This document shows positions 9,801 to 21,749 of a DNA stretch of 64,000 bases, one piece after another. The first letter of the stretch is position 1. The number at the start of each line of letters is the position of its first letter. The stretch is taken from NCBI RefSeq assembly GCF_046119375.1, contig NW_027362765.1, positions 379,812,001 through 379,876,000 of the forward strand, read 5' to 3'. Origin of the DNA: Phyllobates terribilis. Its lineage: Eukaryota. The position numbers and the translations under genes were made by a program. Under the pieces are notes generated by a model. The model saw only the letters and a list, made by a program, of their open reading frames with translations. It was not told the origin of the DNA and ran no database searches.

Positions 9801-12800
9801 CACCCTACAGGAGAGAGGCCCCTGTGCACAGGAGCTGACACTCTACAGGAGAGAGGCCCCTGTGCACAGGAGCTGACACTCTACAGGAGAGAGGCCCCTG
9901 TGCACAGGAGCTGGCACTGTACAGGCGAGAGGACCCTGCCCATAAGAGCTGACACTCTACAGGGGAGAGGCCCCTGTGCACAGGAGCTGATACTCTACAG
10001 GCGAGAGGACCCTGCCCATAAGAGCTGACACTCTACAGGCGAGAGGACCCTGCCCATAAGAGCTGAAACTCTACAGGCGAGAGGCCCCTGTGCACAGGAG
10101 CTGATACTCTACAGGCGAGAGGACCCTGCCCATAAGAGCTGTCACTCTACAGGAGAGAGGTCCCTGTGCACAGGAGCTGGCACTCTACAGGCGAGAGGAC
10201 CCTGCCCATAAGAGCTGTCACTCTACAGGAGAGAGGTCCCTGTGCACAGGAGCTGGCACTCTACAGGCGAGAGGACCCTGCCCATAAGAGCTGTCACTCT
10301 ACAGGAGAGAGGCCCCTGTGCACAGGAGCTGACACTCTACAGGAGAGAGGCCCCTGTGCACAGGAGCTGACACTCTACAAGAGAGAGGCCCCTGTGCACA
10401 GGAGCTGACACCCTACAGGAGAGAGGCCCCTGTGCACAGGAGCTGACACTCTACAGGAGAGAGGCCCCTGTGCACAGGAGCTGACACTCTACAGGAGAGA
10501 GGCCCTTGTGCACAGGAGCTGACACTCTACAGGAGAGAGGCAACTGTGCACAGTAGCTGACACTTTACAGGAGAGAGATTCCTGCCCATAAGAACTGACA
10601 TCCTACAGAAGAGAGGTCCCAGCACCGGAGCTGACACTCTACAGGAGAGAGGACCTTGCCCATAAGAGCTGACACTCTATAGAAGAGAGGCCCCAGTGCA
10701 AAGGAGCTGATACTCTACAGGAGAGAGGTCCCAGCACAGGAGCTGACACTCTACAGGAGAGAGGTCCCAGCACAGGAGCTGACATCCTACATGAGAGAGG
10801 CCCCCGTGCACAGGAGCTGACACTCTACAGGCGAGAGGACCCTGCCCATAAGAGCTGTCACTCTACAGGAGAGAGGACCCTGTGCACAGGAGCTGACACT
10901 CTACAGGAGAGAGATTCCTGCCCATAAGAGCTGACACTCTACAGGAGAGAGGTCCTAGCACATAAGAGCTGACACTCTATAGAAGAGAGGCCCCAGCACA
11001 TAAGAGCTGACACTCTACTGGAGAGAGGACCCTGCGCATAAGAGCTGACACTCTATAGAAGAGAGGCCCCAGTGCACAGGAGCTGACACTCTACAGGAGA
11101 GAGGTCCCAGCACAGGAGCTGACACTCTACAGGAGAGAGGTCCCAGCACAGGAGCTGACACCCTACAGGAGAGAGGCCCTTGTGCACAGGAGCTGGCACT
11201 CTACAGGAGAGAGGCCCCTGTGAACAGGAGCTGACACTCTACAGGCGAGAGGACCCTGCCCATAAGAGCTGACACTCTATAGGAGAAAGGTCCCAGCACA
11301 TAAGAGCTGACACTCTACAGGATAGACGACCGTGACCATAAGAGCTGACACTCTACAGGAGAGAGGACCCTGCCCATTAGAGCTGACAATTTACAGGAGA
11401 GAGAGAAGTCCCAGCACATAAGAGCTGACATTCTACAGGAAAGAGGTCACAGCACATAAGAGCTGACACTCTACAGGAGAGAAGACCCTGACCATAAGAA
11501 CTGACACTATATAGAAGAGAAGCCCCAGTGCACATGAGCTGACACTCTACAGGAGAGAGGTCCTAGCACATAAGAGCTGATACTGTACAGGTAAGAGGTC
11601 CCAGCACATAAGAGCTGACACTCTACAGGAGAGAGGACCCAGCACATAAGAGCTGACGCTCTACATGAGAGAGGTTCCAGCACATAAGAGCTGACACTCT
11701 ACAGGAGAGCAGACCCTGACCATAAGAGCTGACACTTTATAGAAGAGAAGCCCCAGTGCACAGGAGCTGACACTCTACAGGAGAGAGGTTCCAGCACATA
11801 AGAGCTGACACTCTACAGGAGAAAGGTCCCAGAACAAAAGAGCTGACACTCTACCGGAGAGAGGTTCCATCACATAAGAGCTGAAACTATACAGGTGAGA
11901 AGACCCTGCCTATATGAACTGACACTGTATAGAAGAGAGGTCCCTGGACACAGGAGCTGACACTCTACAAGAGAGAGAGGTCCCTGCCTATAAGAGCTGA
12001 CACTCTATAAATGAGAGGCCCCTGTGCACAGGAGTGTCACGGGTGTATCAGGTTTGACAGACAGTCATTCTGGATCCGGCTGTAGAAGGTCTCTGCACTT
12101 GGCCTTGCAGACACCTTCTTGATCCTTTCATCATCCCTCCCTCTCTAGGACCCAGTGGTGATCTCCACCTTCTGCTGCTAATTAACACACCCTTGCTGGA
12201 TTTTTAAATACCCTCAGTTTCTCCAGAGACTTGCTGGTGATAGAGTAAATTCCTCTGTCCAGTTCTGAATTCTAGTAATCGGCTAGTTTCTTCTTGGAGT
12301 TCCTTGGTGGATTGTTGTCGTGATCTCTCTGGTGTCTTCTCAAAGCTAAGTGTATCCCCTTGTCTGTTTCCCTTGTTAGTCTTTAGTTGCAGTGGGGCTG
12401 ACTAGTGATCAGCCCTCCCCTTCCCTTCCTAGAGCCTAGCTCTAGGGACAGCCAGGGCTAAGGTATCCTGCTCGGCGATAGGTGCGGAACCTATTTAGGG
12501 ACGATAGGGGAGTCAGGGTGTTGTTAGATCTGCCTAGGGGTCTCCACTCTCCTTTTCCCTAGTTCCTGGGCTTCCCCCCTTTTCCCATCGTCATACGCTG
12601 GGTCCTTCCTATACCTGGCATGACCAGGAGCTGACGCTCTAGAGGAGAGAGAAGTCCCTGTCCATATGAGCTGACACTGTATAGAAGAGAGGCCCCTGTG
12701 CACAGGAGCTGATGCTCTACAGGAGAGAGGTCCCTGCCCTTAAGAGCTGACACTCTACAGGAGAGAGGACCCTGTGCACAGGAGCTGACGCTCTACAGGA

Positions 12801-13547
12801 GAGAGATGTCCCATTACATAAGAGCTGACACTCTACAAGGGAGAGAGGACCCTGCCCATAAGAGCTGACACTCTACAGGACAGAGAGGTCCCAGCACATG
12901 AGAGCTGACACTCTACAGGACAGAGAGGTCCCAGCACATGAGAGCTGACACTCTATAAAAGAGAGACTATCCTGCCCATAAGGGTTGACACTCTACAAGA
13001 GAGAGGATCCAGCATATAAGAGCTGACACTCTACAAGAGAGAGGACCCTGCCAATAAGAGCTGACACTATACAAGAGAGTTGTCCCTGGGCATAAGAGCT
13101 AACACTCAACAGGAGAGAAGGAACCATGCCCATAAGAGCTGACACTCTACAGGAGAGAGGACCCTGCCTATAAGAGCTGACACTCTACAGGACAGAGGAC
13201 ACTGCCTATAAGAGCTGACACTCTACAGGAGAGAGAACCCTACCCATAAGAACTGACACTCTACAGGAGAGAGGACCCTGCCTATAAGAGCTGACACTCT
13301 ACAGGACAGAGGACACTGCCTATAAGAGCTGACACTCTACAGGAGAGAGGACTCTGCCCATAAGAGCTGACACTCTACAGGAAAGAGAGAGGACCCTGCC
13401 CATAAGAGCTGACACTCTACAGGAAAGAGAGAGGACCCTGCCTATAAGAGCTGACACTCTACTACAGGAGAAAGAGGACCCAGCATATACTGTAAGAGCT
13501 GACACTAGACAGGAGAGAGGACGCTGCCCATAAGAGCTGACACTCTA
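6825..13547 (+). repeat. 37/38-bp GC-rich minisatellite with two unit types and higher-order repeats
   Basis: Unit A is aggagagaggcccctgtgcacaggagctgacactctac (38 bp); unit B is aggagagaggtccctcccataagagctgagaccctac (37 bp). Identical 99-aa pseudo-ORFs recur at 7390, 7956, 8673 and 9542. The array becomes more diverged after about 10500. Confidence 0.97.
12035..12625. mobile_element. Solo LTR (about 590 bp) inserted in the 38-bp satellite
   Basis: Begins TGTCACGG and ends GCATGACC (TGTCA...TGACA with one change). Perfect 5-bp TSD AGGAG at 12030-12034 and 12626-12630. The satellite unit resumes exactly in register. Confidence 0.85.
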
Positions 13548-13639
13548 AAATAATTGGTGGAGTAACACAATAGGTATACAGCGTTATTTCAGCCTAGGGG
13601 ACTGACCGCTTCTGTTGCATGTTGGTTGCATATAGAGCA

Positions 13640-13900
13640 TGGGCTCGTCACCAGTCAGTTTTTGAACCAACAAGGATATACAGTTTAGAGTGATGCATTG
13701 TGGGTAGCTAGTTGAGGACAAGACCTCACAGGTAATATGGGGCAGTGAGTTCCACAGAATGAGGGCAGCACAGGAGAAGACCTGTAGATGGAATGACAGG
13801 ATGTAATAAGGGCGGATGGATGGTAAATGGAGATGTATGATGGTCCAGCGGTGTGGAGAAGTTTGTAGACTAGAAGATGAGTTTTTAATTACCACATTCA
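13640..13900 (-). mobile_element. 3' fragment of an L2/CR1-clade LINE
   Basis: Minus-strand translation FHLQVFSCAALILWNSLPH matches the L2 ORF2 C-terminal pattern FS.AAP.LWNSLP. Confidence 0.55.
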
Positions 13901-14019
13901 ATGCATTTGACCATCACCCAGTGAACATATGACCCCTTCTTATGATAACTTTTTGATCATTGGTGGCCTAACCGCAGTGAACCGGCACAAATCCCAAAAA
14001 TCGGGCTCAGCAGAGCCTG

Positions 14020-15617
14020 TTCTTGAATGGAGCAGAGGTGCAGTTGTCCTCTTCTTGTCTGATGTCGGATTCTTGCTGCTCCACAGTTGGGGGTCTTTGC
14101 AGGATTTGTTGTTGCATAATGAGCCAAATGTTTTCTATTGGTGTCAGGTCTGGCCCGCAGGCGGCCGGACAATCCCCCAAACTTTTCTACTGTGACATTA
14201 TGATGTTGTGATGGAAGCAGTCTGTGGTTTACCATTGTCTTGCTGAAATATACAAGGCCTTTCCTGAAATAGACATTGTCTGGATGGAGCAGATGCTGTT
14301 CTAGCACCTCTATATAATGCTCAGCCTCGATGGCGCCCTTCATCTGTGCGCTGCCCCTGTTATAGGCTCTAATGCCCCCCATACATCAGAGATGCAGGAA
14401 CTGTGCGCTGATAACAAGCTGGATGGTCCCTCTCCTTGATAACAAGCTGGATGATCCCTCTCCTCGATAACAAGTTGGATGGTCCCTTTCCTCGAAAACA
14501 AGCTGGATGGTCCCTCTCCTCGATAACAAGCGGATGGTCCCTCTCCTCCATAACAAGCTGGATGGTCCCTCTCCTCAATAACAAGCTGGATGGTCTCTCT
14601 CTTCGATAACAAACTGGATGGTCCCTCTCTTCATTAACAAGCTGGATGGTCCCTCTCCTTGATAACAAGCTGGATGGTCCCTCTCCTCGATAACAAGCTG
14701 GATGGTCCCTCTCCTCGATAACGAGCTGGATGGTCCCTCTCCTCGATTACAAGCTGGATGGTCCGTCTCCTCGATAACAAGCTGGATGGTACCTCTCCTC
14801 ACGGCATCTATGGTTGCCATAAAGAATTTGACATTTTGATTCCTCCGATCACAGAACATTTTCCATTTTGCCTCCGTCCATTATAAATGAGCTTTGGCCC
14901 CGAGAAGACGGCAGCTTTTTTGGATTGTGCTGATATTTGGCTTCTTCTTTACATGATGAAGCTGTAACTTGCATTTGTGGATTGCACAAACTGTGAACAC
15001 AGGCGATGATTTATCGAAGTTTTCCTGAGTTCGTCCAGTGATTTGTAGAATGAATCAGGTCTGGATTTAATGCAATGAGACCTGAGGGTCCACAGATCAT
15101 GAATCATCTAATATTGACCGTCGGCCTTGTCCCTTTGTGCACATGGATTTCTCCAGAATCTCTGAATCTTCAGATGATATTATGTCCTGTAGATGGAGGA
15201 TATTCAAAGTCTTAGCAATTTTCCATTGAGGAACATTTTTCTGAAGTTATTGCATTTGTTCACAGATTGGTGACCTCCGACCATCTTTGCTTCTGTGAGA
15301 CTCTGCCTCTCTACCATTCTATTTTTATACAGTCGTGATTTAGTTATAAATTGACCCTGTGGCTGTTTTTCCTTAGTATCACTTACTTCTCCAGCCTTTT
15401 GTTAACCCTGACCTAACTATTTTTTGTAATTTGTTGCTGTCATCAATTTCTAAATGAGTTTTTTTCAAATGAAATGGAGAAATGTCCAACGTTCAACTTC
15501 TGATCTGTACTATGTTCTGCTGTGAATAAAATATGGCGATAAGAGATTCCCAAATCTTTGCTTTCTTGTTTCCTTTCCCTTTACAGTGTCCGAACTTTAT
15601 TTTAATTAGGGCTGCAT
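14020..15617 (-). mobile_element. Decayed Tc1-family DNA transposon
   Basis: Minus-strand peptides such as GAIEAEHYIEVLEQHLL and EERDHPACYQR, plus degenerate SDESK-like and SPDLxPIEN-like segments. The terminus at about 15580-15617 (ttacagtgtccgaactttattttaattagggctgca) resembles the Tc1 TIR TACAACCCCAATTCCAAAAAAGTTGGGACACTGT. Many stops and frameshifts. Confidence 0.75.
14411..14800 (+). repeat. 28-bp minisatellite, about 14 copies, inside the Tc1 transposase gene
   Basis: Unit ataacaagctggatggtccctctcctcg. Confidence 0.92.
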
Positions 15618-16169
15618 TACTAAAGTAATCGTTGTTACCTGAACTTTAGTGAGCAGATGAATTCTTATTGCGATGAATATAATTTACATATTTAAGAATG
15701 TGAACACAACATAATATTCCACAAAATAGATTTAGTGCAGCCTACATGTCAATCAACAGAAACAGCCAATCAGAAAAGGAATGGTAGAAAGCCTCCCATA
15801 ATTCACTATTGGACCACCTAAGCTGTCAATCAAACACTCCTCCTGTCTGTGGGGGAATTACATAAATGATTGTACAATTCCTCCTGCAGTTTCCGCTTCC
15901 TCTAAAGTGTAAAAAAACAAGTGATGTGAACGAGACAGTCCAAACGTGACACATATGGGCAGTAACTCAAGTTCTGCTATCACCAGTTTTCTGTTTTCCA
16001 TCTTCATAAAGAGGTGACTGCCGCCGTGCAAAGTGGAGGCTCAGTAATTCATATTGGAGAATTGCATATATTGCAATTCCATAATGCACATAGTATCAGT
16101 GCCAGAGTTAGTGTCTCCTAATAGAGTGTAAACTACACATCCCCATTAACAAAACCAACCATGGTGCTC

Positions 16170-17600
16170 CTGTAAGAAAGAGAAATTACAGTGTCCTCAT
16201 AACAATACCCTTATTCCAAAGCTATGGCGCCCTCATAACAGTACCTATATTCTGCTGCCAATGACAGTGCACTCTTAACAGTGTCCTTATCCCATGGCCA
16301 GATTGCACTCATAACAGTGCAATTATTCCACACACAGCAACAGTGCCCTCATAACAGTGCCCATATTCCATGACCAGCCACAGTGCCCTCATAACAGTAC
16401 CTATATTCTACTGCCAATGACAAGGCCCTCATAACAGTGCCTTTATTCCATATTTAGTAACAAAGCCCTCATAACCATGCCTCTATCCCACTGCCAGCAG
16501 CAGGGCACTTTTAGCAATGAATTTATTCCACAGCCAGTCACAGTGCTCTCTTAACTGTGCTGTTATTTGACAAACAGTCACAGTGCCCCCATAACAGTGC
16601 TTAAATCCCACAGTTATAGTGGGCTCATAACCTATATTCTGCAGCCAATGACAGTGCCCTCATAACAATGCCTTTATTCCATATTTAGCCACAATGCCCT
16701 CAAAACAGTGCCCATATTTTATATTTAGCCACAGTGCCCTTATTCTATTGCCAGCCACAGTGCACTCATAAATATGCCATTATTGAACAGCCAGCCTTAG
16801 TGCCAACATAAAAGTGGCCATCTTTCATATTTAGTAACACAGCCCTCATAACCATGCCCCCAGTGCACTTTTACCAATGCCTTTATTCCACAGCCAGTCA
16901 CAGTGCTCTCTTAACAGTGCCATTATTTGACAACCAGTCAGTGTCCCCATAACAGTTTCCATACACCATATTTAGCCTCAGTGCCCTCATAATAGTGATC
17001 TTATTCCACCGCCAGTCGCAGTGCACTCATAAAAATGCCTTTATTCCACAGCCAGTCACAGTGCCTACATAACAGTGCCCATGTTCCATGTTTAGTAACA
17101 CAGCCCTCATCAGCATCCGACTATTCCACCGCCAGCCACAGTGCACTTTTAACAATTCCTTTATTCCATTGCCAATCACAGTGCCCTCTTAACAGTGTCG
17201 TTATTTGTCAACCAGTTACAGTGCCCCCATAACAGTGCCTAAATCCCACAGTTATAGTGCGCTTATAACAGTACCTATATTCTGCAGCCAATGACAGTGC
17301 CCTCATATCAGTGCCTTTATTCCATATTTAGCCACAATGCCCTCATAATAGTGTCAATACTCCATATTTAGCCTAAGTGCCCTCATAGTCATGCCCCTAT
17401 TCCACCGCCAGCCACAGTGCACTTTTAACAATGCCTCTATTTCACAGTCAGTGACAGTGCCCTCCTAACAATGACTATATTAAGCAACCAATGACATTGC
17501 CATCATAACAGTGACCTTATTCCACAGCCAGCCACATTGCTTTCCTTCCATATTTAGCCTCAGGGCCCTCACAACAGTGACGTTATTCCACAGCTTGTTA
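16170..17600 (+). repeat. Old, diverged minisatellite of roughly 35-40 bp
   Basis: Recurrent cagtgccctcataacagtgcc..tattccacagccagcca with substantial divergence between units. Confidence 0.85.
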
Positions 17601-18234
17601 CAGTGGCAGTTCTCCTACTCCCATTTCCTGTAGGGGGCAGCACTGGAGAGGCCCACATTGTGGAGCTGTGCTCTGCCTGATCAGTTCGGCCAACATAGTG
17701 GCGAGTGATTATGGGACAGTGTCATACCCGGCCATGTTTGTCATATCCGGTCATGCCCATTGATTCTGGGACATTTGCCAGCTCTGAATACTATGTATTT
17801 TTCATTTAAAAACTAATCCCACAGTCCTGAACTAATTTAGAAATGATGTCACCAATAGTACCAAATACCTACTAAAACAATGTGAAAGTTTCTATCCGGG
17901 TGGGGGAGGGGGACAATTATCCTTGCTGAGGAGGGTGACGTATTTCCCTTCCCCCACAACTGTTCTGGGTAAACTTCCTGTTGTAAAGGTGTCGTATGGG
18001 CGGGAACAGTTCCTTTTATCAAGGAGCAATCTGGATAAAATGCGATTGCTGAATAAAAAAATCCAAAACAGCATTTGATGAACTATCGTAGGTCCGACGC
18101 ATATGCTGTCCACAGTTCCTAATGAGGAGAGGGTGAATATACGGCTGCAAAAAAAAAAATGTTTGGTCCGAAGCCATCTTATCCACTTTGGAAATGTGTT
18201 CTTGTCTGAATCATAGGACCAGGGCTGTCCTTAA

Positions 18235-18680
18235 AGGGTTATTGCCATCTTCATAGATGGATATTGTCAGACAGAGCTTGTAAAAACTAGGACTTTTGTC
18301 ATTTACTGCTTGCTAAAATTTTCAGCCGTTCTTGAGATATTAATACTTTTGTTTGCAGCTCGTTGCCTAGGAGACCGACCACCGCTGCTGTCTATCTTGT
18401 AATCACTGCACTGAATCTGGTTTAGAAGGTAACAGTGCGCTCCAGCAATCCTGGCCAGCTTCAAAACAGTGCTACGAGCTCACTAGAAAAGTACATGTAA
18501 GCACTGCTCACGTTCTGCTGTCTAGCAGCGGTGGTCGGTGTCCAAGGTAATGAGTTGTAAATAAAAGTGTTGATATCTCAAGAACGGATGAAAATTTTAA
18601 TAAGCAGCAAATTACAAAATTATTTGTATTTACAATCTCTATCGGACAATATACAATTTGTGAAAATGGGAATAACCCCT
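18235..18680. mobile_element. Palindromic TTAA-target MITE (T2/Kolobok-like), right end interrupted by an LTR element
   Basis: ttaa|agggttattgccat ... atgggaataacccct. Long internal inverted arms (ttttgtcatttactgcttgctaaaattttcagccgttcttgagatat vs atatctcaagaacggatgaaaattttaataagcagcaaattacaaaa). The closing ttaa is found only after the LTR element, at 21105-21108. Confidence 0.7.
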
Positions 18681-21101
18681 TGTGACAAAGTCACTGGCAA
18701 AGTCCTGGAGGGGAAATATGTAGCACTGAGATTGTTTGCTCCAGTAATTAAACATAGGATAAATCCCAGCCTTTTAGAGCATTAGGATGTGGGATGTGGG
18801 GTGGGCCTGTAGGTGGAAGCTCTGAGCTGTTTTGTCATGTGAAGCAAAGACAAACCTTGGCTTGTTTTGTTCCTGAAGCAGGCGTTTACCCGTAACAACA
18901 AGGACTGTGCCATACATTATGTTTTGTTTTTCCTTTTAGGCTGGAAAGGCCGTGTTTGTTTTTGCTAACATTGCTGTGGTTTATGCAGCACTCTTAATAA
19001 ACCCAGCAGAAGATTTAAAGAGACAGTGTTCCTGCGTACCTCTCTGTGCAACCAAGTGAGCCAATCTATTACAGTTGGTGTTAAAAGTGCGGGCAAGATC
19101 CCCAGGAGGCAAATGTGACTGCTGTGGGCAGACTGCATGTCCTGGGTGAAGGCAGCTATGAGCATGGAACAGTGGTCAGATAAAATGGAGGAGCCGATCA
19201 AGCACCTGGTCCAAAGCCAGCAGCTGCAGCAGCATCAGGAGCAGCAGCAACAGCTGGCACAACAGGAGACAAGTAAGCTGCTTATGCAACAGCTGCAACA
19301 GCAACGGCCCCAGCAGCAGCTCCAACAGCAGCAGCAACAGAGTCGACAACAGCAGCAGATTGATTTACTCACAGAGGCGGTTAGTGGCACTGCAGCTGAT
19401 GATTTCTCTGTCTGGAAGGTGGTGAGGAGAGCCTTGCAGAAAATTACCCTGGGTGATGACATAGAGGCCTTTTTAACCGTTTTTGAAAGGCTCGCCGATA
19501 GAGAGAAACTCTTGCCAGAGCAGTGGGTGGAAGTCCTGGCGCCATACTTAACGGGGGAGCCACAAAAGGCCTACTATGATTTGGCTTTACAGGACGCCAA
19601 AAAATATGAAAAATTGAAAACAGAAATTTTGGCGCGCTTGGGGGTGACAATGTCTGTCAGGGCACAATGGGTCCACCACTGGGTATATCACAGTGACAAA
19701 CCCCCTCACTCCTAAATGTGTGATCTTCTGCACCTTTTCCAAAAGTGGTTACAGCCGGAAACCTCTACCCCAGCGCAGATGGTGGAGCAAGTTGTAATGG
19801 ATTGGTTTTTTGCACTCCCTTCCAATCCCGATGCAGACTTGGGTTGCCCAGGGAGATCCCCGGACTGCCGATGACTTGGTCAGACTGGTCGAAGGGTATC
19901 AGGCGGTCAACGGGTCTGTTGGGAGGCAACCCATTACATATTGGGGGGTGGAGGTTAAAAAGTGGGTGGAGCGTCCAAGGGGGCGGCAGAGGTCATGCCA
20001 GGGGCCTCATCGGGGGATGTAATTTGGTGGAGATGTCAGGTCCAGGTCATATAGCTGCCCATTGTCCCCTGACCACCGAGCAAATGGACTGCAGCATGGG
20101 ACGCCGGTGTTCATTCTACGCATATCCAACTTGCAGTTTGGACTGTCCCCTGGCTAGGGGCCCCAAGCTTGTCCTGTAATAGTGAATGGCCTGCAAATGA
20201 CTGGACTACTAGACTCAGGGAGTTTGGTGACCCTTGTGAGGGCCAAACTCCCTCTCCAATTGATCCCTGGGAATAAAGTGAGCATCCGCTGCATTCACGG
20301 GGATGCTAAAGACTACCCGATGGCCAGAGTGGTCATCGAGACAGCCTGAGGAACTGAGTCCCATGAGGTCGGCGTCATCCAGGATTTGTTGCAGCCAATT
20401 ATCATAGGTCGGGACTTTGTGTTGTTTTGGGACTTGTGGGGTAGGGGCGGAGACCTCAATTGCTCGGGTAAGAAACGGGTTGTCCCTAAAAAAGTCCCAC
20501 CAACCTCAGAGTCGGACGAGTTTCACTTCTGTGTACTGTTTGAAGAGGAGAAGATAGCATCCCCTGAGGTAGACCGTCCTGAGATAGGGGTGACCAGAGA
20601 AAATTTTGGGTTCACCCAATGTAGGGACCTAACTCTAAAAGAGGCATTCAATAAGGTAACAGTCAGAAACGGAATAGCACAGGAGTCGGGGGCTGACACC
20701 TATTTTATGTTGAGTGGGGGCTTATTATTAGATGAGGGAGGAGATAATGGAGCAATTATTGGTACCAGGACCCTATAGACAAAGTGTTTTGGACAAGGCC
20801 CATTCACATGTCTTGGGTGGCCATCTGGGGCTGGAGAAAACTCAACAACGGGTCACCGTGAAATCCAAAAATATTGCAAGTCTTGTCCCACCTGCCAGTT
20901 AACCACTACCACCTCTCTATTCCAAAATCCTTTCGTGCCGCTAACCGTCAAGGCAGGGCAACAGAGCAACCAAGTGGAAACTCAATGTGGGCTGGACAGA
21001 CCAGAAGGTGACACTAAGGATGTCACTGTGGCAGAGACACATTTAAAGAGACAGTGTTCTTGTGTACATCTCTCTGCAACCAAGTGAGCCGATCTACCAC
21101 A
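18681..21101 (+). mobile_element. Internally deleted Gmr1-like (SCAN-domain) Ty3/Gypsy LTR retrotransposon
   Basis: 5' LTR 18681-19073 (TGT...ACA). PBS TGGTGTTAAAAGTGCG at 19076, similar to the complement of tRNA-Leu(CAG). 21041-21101 repeats 19013-19073 (3' LTR remnant). Flanks ccct / cctt form an imperfect TSD. Confidence 0.85.
19137..20950 (+). pseudogene. gag-pol relic: polyQ leader, capsid N-terminal domain, SCAN domain, zinc knuckle, aspartic protease, integrase HHCC domain
   Basis: EAFLTVFERLA..LAPYLTGEPQKAY (gag). After one stop at 19713: LLHLFQKWLQPETSTPAQMVEQVVMDWFLHSLP..WV....P.TADDLVRLVE (SCAN). Degenerate C..C.GPGHIAAHC. LLDSGS at 20212 and IIGRDF (protease). EQLLVP..AHSHVLGGHLG and KYCKSCPTCQ (integrase zinc finger). 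Frameshifted; no RT or RNase H. Confidence 0.85.
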
Positions 21102-21108
21102 CCTTTAA

Positions 21109-21337
21109 AGCGGTTTTCCAGGAATCAAACCTTTGCTCCAGCGCTGCTGTTCATTGTCTACTGAATCAAAGCAGATGACGTCATGACCACCCGTGACCTG
21201 ACTGCATTAATCGCAGCATCAGGTGACTGGTGGTCGGGATGTCATCTCTTTTGGTGCAGCAGACGGCAGATTCCAGCGAGAAGTACACTGTACACCTTCT
21301 TTGTTTCTTCTAGTTTAGGCAAAAATGGAAAACTCCT
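21109..21337. mobile_element. Short TTAA-target MITE
   Basis: ttaa|agcggttttcc ... ggaaaactcct|ttaa inverted termini. Confidence 0.55.
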
Positions 21338-21749
21338 TTAAGGTGGCCATTCACTTTCAATAGCTCTTCCTCCTGACTATGCTACCTAATATAATATATC
21401 ACTAGCTTTAATGAACAGGCCTGGGAAAATCTTAATCACCATTTTTTTTTTGCATTTTTGCCTCTCCACTTTTCATCTGCTGTAACTTTTTTTTATTTTT
21501 TTTTTCACTAGCGTAGATGTATGGGGCCATATTTTATGTAAAAGAACTTTTATTACTTTATAGCACTGTTTGGGGGTTCGTATAAATTGTTGAAAATATA
21601 TAAAAAAATTTGAATTAATTAAAAATATATTGAATTAAATGAATACATAACTTTGTTTTTTTTTTTTTTTTTTTTATATATATACTGTTCATTTTTCTAA
21701 ATAACTTATTGAATTAATCAAGTTATTATAGTCTTGTGAATACATAATA

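Noticed and set aside
7200-10408. Repeated 62-99 aa ORFs (MSAPVHRGLSPV...)
   Set aside because: Translations of the 37/38-bp satellite; useful only as markers of higher-order repeats.
19235-19462. Cys-rich 75-aa minus-strand ORF
   Set aside because: Antisense reading of the CAG-rich polyQ leader of the retrotransposon gag.
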